Shown here: positions 51,280 to 60,444 of the stretch, piece after piece
Layout of the letters: each line of letters begins with the position of its first letter
Position numbering within the stretch: the first letter of the stretch is position 1
From: Alphaproteobacteria bacterium
GTDB lineage: Bacteria > Pseudomonadota > Alphaproteobacteria > MPNO01
Assembly (NCBI GenBank): GCA_965248835.1
Contig: CBDFLJ010000002.1
Span: forward strand, 2,208,001-2,272,000
Reading direction: 5' to 3'
Length of the DNA stretch: 64,000 bases
The notes under the pieces: model-generated
Databases searched by the model: none
Told to the model about the DNA's origin: nothing
What the model saw: the letters and a program-made list of their open reading frames with translations, nothing else
Program-made: the position numbers and the translations under genes

Positions 51280-52497
51280 ATGGACGACGATGCCACGCCA
51301 AGACTTCGAGCTTCCCTCGGGACCTCCGCCAAGCGCTTTACCTCGATCTCGACGTTCCGCGAGCCCGCGCGCTCCCGGGTACAGGAAGTCTTCGACAGGG
51401 CGAAGGCCTCCCTCGAGGAGGACTTCACGGGAATTACGGCCGGCGGGGTTCCGGCCGACGGGCTTTTCCCGATCGTAAGAACCGGCGTTTCGGTAGCGCC
51501 CATCGTCGAGGCGGCGAACGCCTTCCGGGCCTCGCTGACGACTGAGCAACGGCGCGATGTGAATTTCGACATCGACGACCGCGCATGGCGATCCTGGCAC
51601 AACATGCACATTTTCCTGATGCGCCACGGTTTGCTGCTCGACGACCTCGACCCCGCGCAGCGCGGCGCGGCGTTGGGCCTGATCGAGGCGAGCTCGAGTG
51701 CCGCCGGCTACGAATCCGCGCGCAACATCATGAAGCTGAACGAGCACGCGGGCGAGCTTACCGGCAATAAGGAAGAGTTCGCGGAGTGGTATTACTGGAT
51801 CAGCATTTTCGCCGAGCCGTCGTTGACCGAGCCCTGGGGATGGCAGATCGACGGACACCATTTGATCGTCAACTGCTTCGTCTACGGCGATCAAATGGTA
51901 ATTACGCCGGATTTCCGGGGATCCGAGCCGGTCTTCGCGAAGTCGGGAAAATATGCGGGCACCCATGTCTTCCACGACGAGCAGTCGCGCGGGCTGGAGT
52001 TCATGGATGCGCTGTCGCCCGAACAGCAGCAACAGGCCGCCATCGGGACGGCGTTGCCGCGCGACGTCCTGACCACCGCCCAGGCCGACAACCTCGATCT
52101 GGATTACGCGGGCATCCGCTACGACGCCCTGACGCCGCAGCAGCAAGAGCGCCTACTGGGCCTGATCGAAACCTATGTCGGGCGCATCCGTCCGGGCCAC
52201 GCCGAAATCCGCATGGACGAGGTAAGAAAGCACCTGCCGGAAACCGCTTTCGGCTGGATCGGCGAACATGGCGAGAAGAGCCCGTTCTACTACCGCATCT
52301 ACAGCCCGGTTATCCTGATCGAATTCGATCACCTGCCCGGCATCATCTATGACAACGCGAACCCGACCCGGGACCATGTCCACACGATCGTGCGGACGCC
52401 CAACGGCAACGACTACGGGCGCGATCTGTTGCGGCAGCATTACGAAATGCACGACCATTCCCATCCGCATACGCACCACCGGCGAGGGCTGTCGTGA
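51280..52497 (+). CDS. DUF3500 domain protein
   Basis: PWGWQIDGHHL..N, FYYRIYSPVILIEFDH, HVHTIVRTPNGNDYG; GGAGG RBS. Confidence 0.85.
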   Translation: MDDDATPRLRASLGTSAKRFTSISTFREPARSRVQEVFDRAKASLEEDFTGITAGGVPADGLFPIVRTGVSVAPIVEAANAFRASLTTEQRRDVNFDIDDRAWRSWHNMHIFLMRHGLLLDDLDPAQRGAALGLIEASSSAAGYESARNIMKLNEHAGELTGNKEEFAEWYYWISIFAEPSLTEPWGWQIDGHHLIVNCFVYGDQMVITPDFRGSEPVFAKSGKYAGTHVFHDEQSRGLEFMDALSPEQQQQAAIGTALPRDVLTTAQADNLDLDYAGIRYDALTPQQQERLLGLIETYVGRIRPGHAEIRMDEVRKHLPETAFGWIGEHGEKSPFYYRIYSPVILIEFDHLPGIIYDNANPTRDHVHTIVRTPNGNDYGRDLLRQHYEMHDHSHPHTHHRRGLS

Positions 52498-52641
52498 CGA
52501 CCGGCTGTATCGGCGATCTCCCCCACATCGATGACGGGGTCGACGCCTTTGGTTGCAACGATATCGTCGTGAACAGTTGCGGGGTCACTCGTCAAGGCGC
52601 ATCGCTCGACGTCACCGAAGAGATCCGGGACCTCATGCACG
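52494..52641 (+). pseudogene. SDR fragment truncated by IS6
   Basis: GTGA overlap with DUF3500; DAFGCNDIVVNSCGVT..LDVTEE resembles SDR beta4 region. Confidence 0.5.
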
Positions 52642-53146
52642 GGCATTGTCGGACTAACGGGACAGGACTTGTAGAACCTGCAATCGAGCGCCTTCAGGCT
52701 GCTCGTTGACGCCACTCGGCCAGGTCGTCGGTTCGGTCTTGCTTGAAAATGTCGCGGCGGTCGAGATGGCGCTGGTGGTTGAAGTGGTTGTCGGTCGAGG
52801 CATGGACGGCGGCGGATTTTTACACGGTCTCTACGTCCCTGAATTTGACCATCGTCCGTTCTCGTCCTCGGATCGGCTGGTGCGCGTTTTCGGCCCGGTT
52901 GTCGAGCCGTCGTCCGGTCTCTTGGCGAACCTCGTTGCCAATCACCTGCAACGCCGCCCGGTATGACCGAAGCCTGTCCGTGGCGTTCGAAGCCGGCCGG
53001 CCATAGCGCTTCATCATGCGCTTCAGGAACTTCAGCGCTGCCCTGCGATCCCGCCGCTTCGCGGCAAAAACCCACGGAAGGGATTTCGCATCCGGCAAAC
53101 GATGGATGCTCCATCTGCCCATCAATCCATTTTGTCCGACAACGCC
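52642..53146 (-). mobile_element. IS6-family internally deleted element, both ends retained (505 bp)
   Basis: GGCATTGTCGGACT ... GTCCGACAACGCC; KRRDRRAALKFLKR..TDRLRSY..NRAENAHQPIR. Confidence 0.9.
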
Positions 53147-53239
53147 GTTTCGGCTGTCGAACGCCGGACGTAACCCGGAATGGCCATTTGCACCTGCGGC
53201 AGATAACGGCTAGCGGCTCCGGCCGGGCGCCAGGCCGCG

Positions 53240-54208
53240 CTACATCTTCAAGAGCCTCTCGGCATTGCCGTGGAGAATCTTGGCTTTGTCTTCGGCGTTG
53301 AGCATCAGCCGTTCCATCCATTGGGGGCCGGGCGCGTTGGGCACGAAAGGATAGTCGATGGCGAACAGGATGCGGTCGATGCCCATCTCCTGAATGCAGC
53401 ACCACACGGCCGGATCGGAAAAGAAGCCGCTGGTAGTGATGTGGAAATGGGAGGAGAACAGATCGCGGAAAGCGACGCCGTCGTTTCCCGGCCGGTTGAG
53501 CGCCAGATCGATGCGCCACATGAGGAACGGCAACGTTTCGCCCAGATGGCCCAGGATGATCTTGGTCCCCGGATACTTCTCCAGCACGCCGGACAGAACG
53601 ATGCGGATGGCCGCGGTCGCCGTTTCCACGGTGAAACCCCAGCCTGCGTTCCTAACGCCGGGAAATTTGTCGACATAGTCCTTGAGATAGAGGTCGACGA
53701 AGCCCGGATGGGGATTGGCCGGATGGATGTAGAGCGGCACGTCGAGCGTCTGGGCGCGTTCGTATATGGGCCAGAACCTCCGGTCGTCGAAAAATGTATC
53801 GCTGCCGGTAAGCCCGTGGATCATGGCTCCCTTGAAGCTCAGCTTGTCGACGCAGCGCTCCAATTCGTCCGCTGACGCGACCGGATCTGCCGTAGGCAGG
53901 GCGGCGAAGGCGGCAAACCAGTCGGGGTGGCTCCGGCAGGTTTCGTAGAGCCTGTCGTTGGCCGCTCTGGCCACTCTGACGCCGGTTTCGGCGTCCAGTT
54001 TCTGGGCCGAGGGCGCGCCGTGGGAGAGGACCTGGACGTCGATGCCCGCTTCGTCCATGGACTTTATGCGCCTTTCGCCGACGTCCTCCAAACTCACGCG
54101 CACGAAGCCGCCGGTCGTGGCGTCGACACCGGTGAAATGGGCGGCCATCTCCGGATCGTAGTAGTGCTCTTCGATGGCGATGACCTTCTGGCCGTTCAGG
54201 ATGGTCAT
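53240..54208 (-). CDS. Amidohydrolase_2 family decarboxylase (gamma-resorcylate / 2,3-dihydroxybenzoate decarboxylase-like)
   Basis: IAIEEH, LYIHP, AGWGF, ILGHLGE, TTSG, FAIDYPF. Confidence 0.87.
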   Translation of the reverse strand: MTILNGQKVIAIEEHYYDPEMAAHFTGVDATTGGFVRVSLEDVGERRIKSMDEAGIDVQVLSHGAPSAQKLDAETGVRVARAANDRLYETCRSHPDWFAAFAALPTADPVASADELERCVDKLSFKGAMIHGLTGSDTFFDDRRFWPIYERAQTLDVPLYIHPANPHPGFVDLYLKDYVDKFPGVRNAGWGFTVETATAAIRIVLSGVLEKYPGTKIILGHLGETLPFLMWRIDLALNRPGNDGVAFRDLFSSHFHITTSGFFSDPAVWCCIQEMGIDRILFAIDYPFVPNAPGPQWMERLMLNAEDKAKILHGNAERLLKM

Positions 54209-54479
54209 GTTCTCTCCCTCACTGGGCGTATCGCGGTGTTTCACGACACCGTTGCGTCACCACGATACAGGGGCGCTCGACATTGACAATCGCAATCCGC
54301 CGGTCAGCTTGACCGACCTGTTCGACGGCCACGCCGGCCACCGTCGTCGAGGAGGCGGACTGATGAAGCGGAAAGCTGCACCCCGCATCCATTGCTTCCG
54401 CGGACTACGGGGACAACCTGCCGGCGCCGATCCCGCGGCCCCGCGGGACGCGATGTCGCGCGCGGATGCCAAACATCGG

Positions 54480-54848
54480 CTATGTGCGTCCGAGGCGTCT
54501 TTTCATCGTCGTTTCGTAGACGAAAACCGCCAATGCCAGGCCGATCCCGAGAATATCGATCATGAAGCCGCCCTCGAAGGCGCCGGCCGGGACAAGCATC
54601 ATCAGGCCGACGGCGACGCAGCAGATCCGCATCCAGGGCTTCAGCGGCCGGGTGAGATAGCCGATCACGCCGAAGCACGCGAACCACACGCCCGCCACCG
54701 CGGTGACCGCGGCCCAAGCCACATCGATCGCCGAGCCGGTCATCAATAACGACGGCGCGGCGATGAACAGGAAAGGGATGACGAATGCGGTCCAGCCGAA
54801 CTTGACCGCGGCGAATCCGGTGCGCATCGCGTCGGCGCCGGCGAGGCG
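54480..54848 (-). pseudogene. TRAP fused permease C-terminal remnant
   Basis: LAGADAMRTGFAAVKFGWTAFVIPFLFIAAPSLL is paralogous to the C-terminus of 30524-32422. Confidence 0.8.
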
Positions 54849-54859
54849 GACGGTCCGCG

Positions 54860-55595
54860 ACACCAGAGCCGAGCACGACCGGCTCATCGAGCTCCTCGGC
54901 GCCTATGGCAGGCCGGTGGTCTGCGCGTTCGAAGCGACCGGCAACCCGGCGCGAGACGCTGAACAACAGCTGGGACAAGAACGATCCGCGCGACGCTCAG
55001 GTCCTCTTGCATATGCTGAGGATCGGTGCCACCCAGCACTATCACGATCCTCTGCCACGATCCTCTGCCACGATCCTCTGCGCGCCGACATCGACGACGT
55101 CCAGGAGCTGACCGAGACTCACGAAGCGATCTCGCGCGCCAAGACGGCGATCCAGCATCGCATCCTGACACACTACCTGCCGCTGTACTTCCCGGAGGTC
55201 GAGCGGTTCAGGGGCAACAGCCGGAGCGACTGGTTCTTCGCCTTTCTGGAGCAGTTCCCGACCCCGGAGAGCATCACCGCCCTGAGCCGGGAGACATTCA
55301 TCGCCGAGGCCGGCGACCTGCGGCGCTTCGGCCATCACCGCCAGTTCCTCGAGTTCTGCGGCCTCGATCTCGCCACCTGGCAATCAGGCCTGTTCCGCGG
55401 CCAGACCGAGCTGCCCAAGTACGACAATGCGAGACTGCGACGGACGCTCTGGCTCGCCGGTCAGGTCGCCATCCGTCAACGCGACAACGGCTTTCGCGAC
55501 AAGTTCGAGCGCTATATCGCCCGCGATCGGCACAACGCCGATCTCAGGCGCAAGGCGCTGACCGCTATCACCGCCTGGATGGCGCGCGTGGTTCT
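54860..55595 (+). mobile_element. IS110-family transposase remnant with internal deletions
   Basis: CAFEATGN, WDKNDPRDA, IAEAGDLRRF..FCGLD...QSG...NARLRRTLW. Confidence 0.8.
55043..55081 (+). repeat. Tandem repeat CACGATCCTCTGC x3
   Basis: Three exact 13-bp copies. Confidence 0.95.
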
Positions 55596-55833
55596 GCATA
55601 ATCTGGTTGTTGCGACCGAATCAGACTTGATGAAAGCGGACCCCGGCGGACGTGGCGCGGGCGCCATGTACAACACCGAAGTTCCTGCGTTACCTTCGCC
55701 CCCCAGGGTTGCCGGCTCTGTCTACCGACCCCCTGCTATGCGCTCGCGAGCTGCGCCAGCGGGTTGGCCGCGCAGCCCCGACACAGGATCGATCGCTTTT
55801 TTTAGGAGCAATGACCTCTAGGAGCAATGACCC

Positions 55834-56694
55834 ATGGCGACAATCAGCGACGTTTCAATCATCGATTCGAACACTGCCGAGCCCAAGCCCGTCGAATCTG
55901 GACTTGAAAGGACGATCTGCGGCCAGAGTCTGTGTGGTTCGAAGACCCTGACCGTCTACCGACGAACAGTGTTGGAAGGTCGCCGGTTCGAGCCCCAGGC
56001 AAGCGACGACTATCACCTCGTTTACGTCATGGCGGCGCCGAAAGAGGGCCTCATCAGCTTCAACGACGAGTCGCACGCAGCCGAGGAAGGCGCCGGCGTG
56101 CTGCTCGCTCCGGGCGAATCGGCGCGGTTCGAAGCGTCCGGGTCGGATCTGGAGCTGCTGCACATGGTGGCGCCCAAGCCGCCCGCCGCCGTCGAAGACG
56201 GGTTGCCCGGGGGGCCGGGATATTTTTTCAATCGGAAGACGCTCCGCGCGCTCAGTGACGCCAGCGGCGGCCGGGTTCGTCGATTCTGCGCCGAGTCCAC
56301 CGTCAGGTTTCCCGATGGCAGCAGGCTCACGCCGACCAACGCGATTCAGGCTGGCGAGATGCACTATCACGAGGGCGGCTCGTCACCCTATCATGCGCAT
56401 GTAGGCACCGGCGCCAACCCCGACGGTGCCGCTCACTGCTACATGACTTTCAAGGGCCGTGGCGTGGTCGAAGTCGGGGATACTTCCCAGGAACTCGATC
56501 CCGGCACGCTGGTTTATTTCCCCCCGGGCGTGCCGCATCGGCTTCGCGCCCACGGCGGTCCGCTCGACTACTTCGAGATCCAGGCTTGGAGGAGCTTCAA
56601 GACGAACGTACTCAGCGAGGAGGCGCTGGGGCTCAAGTGGTACTACGAACCCGAGACGCCGGATGCCGCGCCGGTGGAGTGGGACCAGAGCTGA
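55834..56694 (+). CDS. Bicupin protein
   Basis: C-terminal GGSSPYHAH...HCYMTFKG and GTLVYFPPGVPH; degenerate N-terminal cupin; AGGAG RBS. Confidence 0.8.
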   Translation: MATISDVSIIDSNTAEPKPVESGLERTICGQSLCGSKTLTVYRRTVLEGRRFEPQASDDYHLVYVMAAPKEGLISFNDESHAAEEGAGVLLAPGESARFEASGSDLELLHMVAPKPPAAVEDGLPGGPGYFFNRKTLRALSDASGGRVRRFCAESTVRFPDGSRLTPTNAIQAGEMHYHEGGSSPYHAHVGTGANPDGAAHCYMTFKGRGVVEVGDTSQELDPGTLVYFPPGVPHRLRAHGGPLDYFEIQAWRSFKTNVLSEEALGLKWYYEPETPDAAPVEWDQS

Positions 56695-56735
56695 TCCCCG
56701 CAAGCTTGAACGGCTCCGGTTAGCAACCCGGCCGC

Positions 56736-57455
56736 TCAGATCTCGGTCACGCCGGCGCGCTCGCAGAGATACTCCCACGTGCGATCGTGACCGCGCATCG
56801 TGCGCTGGCCGGTCTCGTTCACGAAATCGATCTGGCCTTGGGTCAGATATTTGATCGGCCCGAGCTTCAGCCCATCGAGAATCGCAATCGCGTTGCGTTT
56901 CATCGCCAGCGCGATACCCACGGCGTTAGGAATCGTCGCGCCGGCCACGGTCGCGCCGTGAGCTCGCATGATCACCGCCCGGCCCCGACTGAGCACGGCG
57001 GAAAGGTCCTGGCCTTGATCGTTGGTCGTGACCAGGAAGTCGGTGTCTCCGAATTTGTCGGTGATATCCCAAACCGGCACCGGCCCGCCGATGACCCGCG
57101 CGTTGTGGGTTGCCGGCCGCATCTCGCTTCCAGTGACGGCGAATGGAAGGACTTCCTGGCAGTGGTGGTGGATCACCGACTGCACGTCCGGCCGTGCTTG
57201 AAAGGTCATGCCGTGTATCGGCCGCTCGATATAGAGCGGCGTATCGGTGGGCTTGACCGGCGTGTTGTCGAGGTTGAACTCGACGAGATCATCCATCGTC
57301 ACCAAGCTGGGACTGCGCGAGCGCGACAGGAAGTAGGTGTCGGGATTCTCCGGGTTGCGGAAGCTGATGTGGCCCCATGCGTCGACGATCCCCTCATTCG
57401 CGAGGATGCGGTTCGCACTGACGAGGTCACGTTTTAGGTCATCCAGAACACTCAT
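56736..57455 (-). CDS. Class II aldolase/adducin family protein
   Basis: ANRILANEG..DAWGHISFR, ERPIH, RPDVQSVIHHH, MRAHG. Confidence 0.9.
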   Translation of the reverse strand: MSVLDDLKRDLVSANRILANEGIVDAWGHISFRNPENPDTYFLSRSRSPSLVTMDDLVEFNLDNTPVKPTDTPLYIERPIHGMTFQARPDVQSVIHHHCQEVLPFAVTGSEMRPATHNARVIGGPVPVWDITDKFGDTDFLVTTNDQGQDLSAVLSRGRAVIMRAHGATVAGATIPNAVGIALAMKRNAIAILDGLKLGPIKYLTQGQIDFVNETGQRTMRGHDRTWEYLCERAGVTEI

Positions 57456-57471
57456 GGACGTTCTCCTGGGG

Positions 57472-57735
57472 TGACCGGCCCCCCACCGACTGGTCCGGGT
57501 TGAATGTTAGTGCATCGACGGTTTCTCCGCCAAGCCGGCCGGCGGAGCGCAGCAGGACCGCGATCCGGCGATAGCCGTAACGGCGGGCCAGCGCGATCAT
57601 GTCCGCAACCAGGCGGTCCTCGTCGTCTCGTCCGCGGGGGATATGGCGCTGGGTCGAGCGGTGCTGCCCGAGCACCCGGCAGGCGCGGCGCTCCGAGATC
57701 CCCAGCCGGCCACGGACATGCCAGCCGCTCCATCT
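57472..57735 (-). mobile_element. IS3-family remnant, internally deleted
   Basis: ISERRACRVLGQHRSTQR..DEDRLVADMIALAR.YGYRRIA joined to the same right end as 27913. Confidence 0.8.
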
Positions 57736-57854
57736 GGCGGGTATTCCATCGGCGCAGCCTATCTCATCGAAAACGGAGTGATTCTTTGGGTTAACGCGCC
57801 TTCGCCGAATACGTTCCCTCGTGGCATGTGATTTGTCATAGGAGAGGAAGCATC

Positions 57855-58376
57855 ATGGACCGCGTGGGCGGCTATTCGTCGCTATCGATCGTTCTTCACT
57901 GGCTTGCGGCGATCTTCGTCGTCGCGTTGTTCTTGACCCACGATGGGGAGCGCGGCAGCTCGGCCTATGTCATTCACGTGAGCGGCGGCGCCATCGCCGG
58001 CGTCTTTCTGCTGTGGCGTGTGTGGCATCGCGCAAGAGGCGGCATGGCCGCTTTGCCGGATCAGGCATTCCTGCTCAATGCCGCCGCGCGGGTGGTGCAG
58101 TGGGGGTTTCTGGTGGCCATCGTCGTCGCGGTGATTACCGGCTACCTGTTGCCCTGGTCGCAGGGCCGCCCGTTGGACGTATTCGGTGTGGCCATTCCCT
58201 CACCGATGACGGCAAGCCGACCCTTTCACGAGCTCATGGACGAGGTGCACGATGTCTCCGGACATCTGTTCATACCTCTGCTTGCCCTGCATATTCTGGG
58301 AGCGGCCAAACACGCAATTTTCGATAAGGGCGGCATCGCCCGTCGCATGTTCAAGCCCACAAGCGGCGGTCGTTGA
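57855..58376 (+). CDS. Cytochrome b561-type membrane protein
   Basis: Four TM helices; LHWL, IHVS.G, EVH, LHILGA.KH. Confidence 0.85.
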   Translation: MDRVGGYSSLSIVLHWLAAIFVVALFLTHDGERGSSAYVIHVSGGAIAGVFLLWRVWHRARGGMAALPDQAFLLNAAARVVQWGFLVAIVVAVITGYLLPWSQGRPLDVFGVAIPSPMTASRPFHELMDEVHDVSGHLFIPLLALHILGAAKHAIFDKGGIARRMFKPTSGGR

Positions 58377-58729
58377 TTTTCGATGCGGCCGACACCGCAT
58401 TTGATGTCGAACCGAAGTTGCCGCGCTCCTCCGACATCCGAACGATCCGCATACAGCCCGCTACGGCTACGAGCGGCCAGGCGGGCCAGCTGACGGAAAA
58501 AGATCGATGCGTTTCTCCTCGACGGAGGCTTACTTCCCAATAGCTTCCCAACAGACCCAGCGTCAACCGGACGGAAAAACGAAACCCCTGAAAACGTTTT
58601 TGTTTTCAGGACTTTATTCTGGTTGCGGGGGCTTGCAATGGCCGAGACCGACACTTCCTTGTGACCCCCATCTGATCGACCGTGACGTCGGCTCGCCGAC
58701 GCGGAGCGGAGCGCCGGCCGCTACGAAGG

Positions 58730-60310
58730 TCAGGGGTAGGGGCGGTATGCCCACGAGCCGCGCGGGCGAGAGTGGGCGGGCTCGGCCCTGAACACGCGCG
58801 TCTTGACTTCCACGGCGTCTTTTTCGCGATAGCGCAGGCCGGTTTCCAGGACCACCATCGCATTGGCGGCGAGTCGGGCGGGCGGCAGCCTGCGGTACAC
58901 CGGTTGCCCGTTGATCTTGGCCTCGACGCGGACCGCAACGTCCTGGAGAGCGTGAGCTGTCGAATTCTTCACTTCGACGATGACACGGCCATCCTCGAAG
59001 AAGGGCTCCGCGACCACGTATCGCCACGGAGCGTCGACGATGTCCAGCATGACGTAGTCCCTTCGGGCGGCGGCGGCGATGTCGCCGCCTGCGCTGCTCA
59101 CGGTCTCGAAGAGACGCTTGGCATAGGCCTGGTTGCCGTCGGCCAGCACGATGCTGCCCAGCGCATAGGTGGCCAAGGCGGTGGGCAGCAATCTGTTGCT
59201 CCGTTCGAGGTCGCTCCGCGCCGGCGACCGTTGGTGGAGGGCGTCGTAGGCGAGACCACGGCCCAGGAAATGTTCGTAGTAGGCCGAGTCGCGCTCGATA
59301 GCCGCGTCGTATGCCCGCACGGCTTGGCGGTAACGTCCCTGGCGGGCGAGAATTTGTCCCCTGATGCCGTGGAACGATGGCTCCCGCGGCTCCTGTTCTA
59401 TCGCGTCCTCGATGGCGCGGAGAGCGGCCTCGGGGCTTGTGTCGAGTTGCTCCCGGGCGCGGTCGGCCTTGTCGTACGCGGGCTGGCGGGCGCGGAGATA
59501 CGCAAGCCGTTCGCGGTAGCGCTCGCGTCCGAGATCGCCGTCGGCAGGAAACTCGATGAGCGCCGCGCGGTTGTTTGCTAAGCGTTCGGCCGATGGCGGA
59601 TGGCTCGCAAACAGGCCCGTGAGCCAGCCGCCCTCACGGCCCTTGGCCAGAGCGACGAACTTTTCCTGCAGCGACACCGCGGCGCCCGTGTGGTAGCCCG
59701 CGGCGCGCATGTACTTCATGCCGTGGTAATCCGCCGTGCGTTCGGCCTTGCGGCTGTATCCCTGGTTGATGAGGTGAAACGCCACCTCGCCGGCGCCGAC
59801 GACGTAATTGGTGTACTTGTAGTCCTTGCCGGCAAGCTGGACGCCGAGCGTGGCCAGCTCAAATATCAGATTGCGGTTCATGACCTGGGCGCCGTGCCGC
59901 GCGGCGGCGTGCACGATTTCGTGGCCAAGCACGGCGGCGAGTTCGGCTTCGTTCTCCAATTCCGCCAGCAGGCCGCGGTTGATCGCGATCTTGCCGCCGG
60001 GCAACGCCCAGGCGTTGGGCGTGCTGTTGTTCAGGACAACAAACTCATAGGGCAACACCCTGTCGCTTACGCTCGCCATTCGCCTGCCGACGGACGCGAC
60101 GTATCCGGAGAGCGCGGGATCCGCCGTGTACCGCCCGCCTTGGGCTTGCTGCAACGGCTGGTAATGGTTTGCGCCCGTTTCGATCTCGTAGCCCGTGGAG
60201 AAGAGCACGAGTTCCTTCTCGCCCGTGACCGGATTGGCGGAGCAGCCGGCAATGACCAACAGCACCACGAACAAGGCGGGCAACCTTGCCGTGTTCCGGC
60301 ACCCGAGCAT
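58730..60310 (-). CDS. M48 family metalloprotease with TPRs (BepA/YfgC-like lipoprotein)
   Basis: Lipobox IAGC, NAWALPGG, HEIVH, ERTAD, SHP, TPR-like helices. Confidence 0.9.
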   Translation of the reverse strand: MLGCRNTARLPALFVVLLVIAGCSANPVTGEKELVLFSTGYEIETGANHYQPLQQAQGGRYTADPALSGYVASVGRRMASVSDRVLPYEFVVLNNSTPNAWALPGGKIAINRGLLAELENEAELAAVLGHEIVHAAARHGAQVMNRNLIFELATLGVQLAGKDYKYTNYVVGAGEVAFHLINQGYSRKAERTADYHGMKYMRAAGYHTGAAVSLQEKFVALAKGREGGWLTGLFASHPPSAERLANNRAALIEFPADGDLGRERYRERLAYLRARQPAYDKADRAREQLDTSPEAALRAIEDAIEQEPREPSFHGIRGQILARQGRYRQAVRAYDAAIERDSAYYEHFLGRGLAYDALHQRSPARSDLERSNRLLPTALATYALGSIVLADGNQAYAKRLFETVSSAGGDIAAAARRDYVMLDIVDAPWRYVVAEPFFEDGRVIVEVKNSTAHALQDVAVRVEAKINGQPVYRRLPPARLAANAMVVLETGLRYREKDAVEVKTRVFRAEPAHSRPRGSWAYRPYP

Positions 60311-60444
60311 GTCCTCTCCTCGTCGATCGCGCGAAGTGTCACCGGGCGGTGATCAACCGCTGAGACCTCAGTTTATCCATCTTCGCAGCGTATGTTCCAG
60401 ACCGGCTCGACGGTTTTGCGGCGTGGCCGTGTGCTCACAGCATA

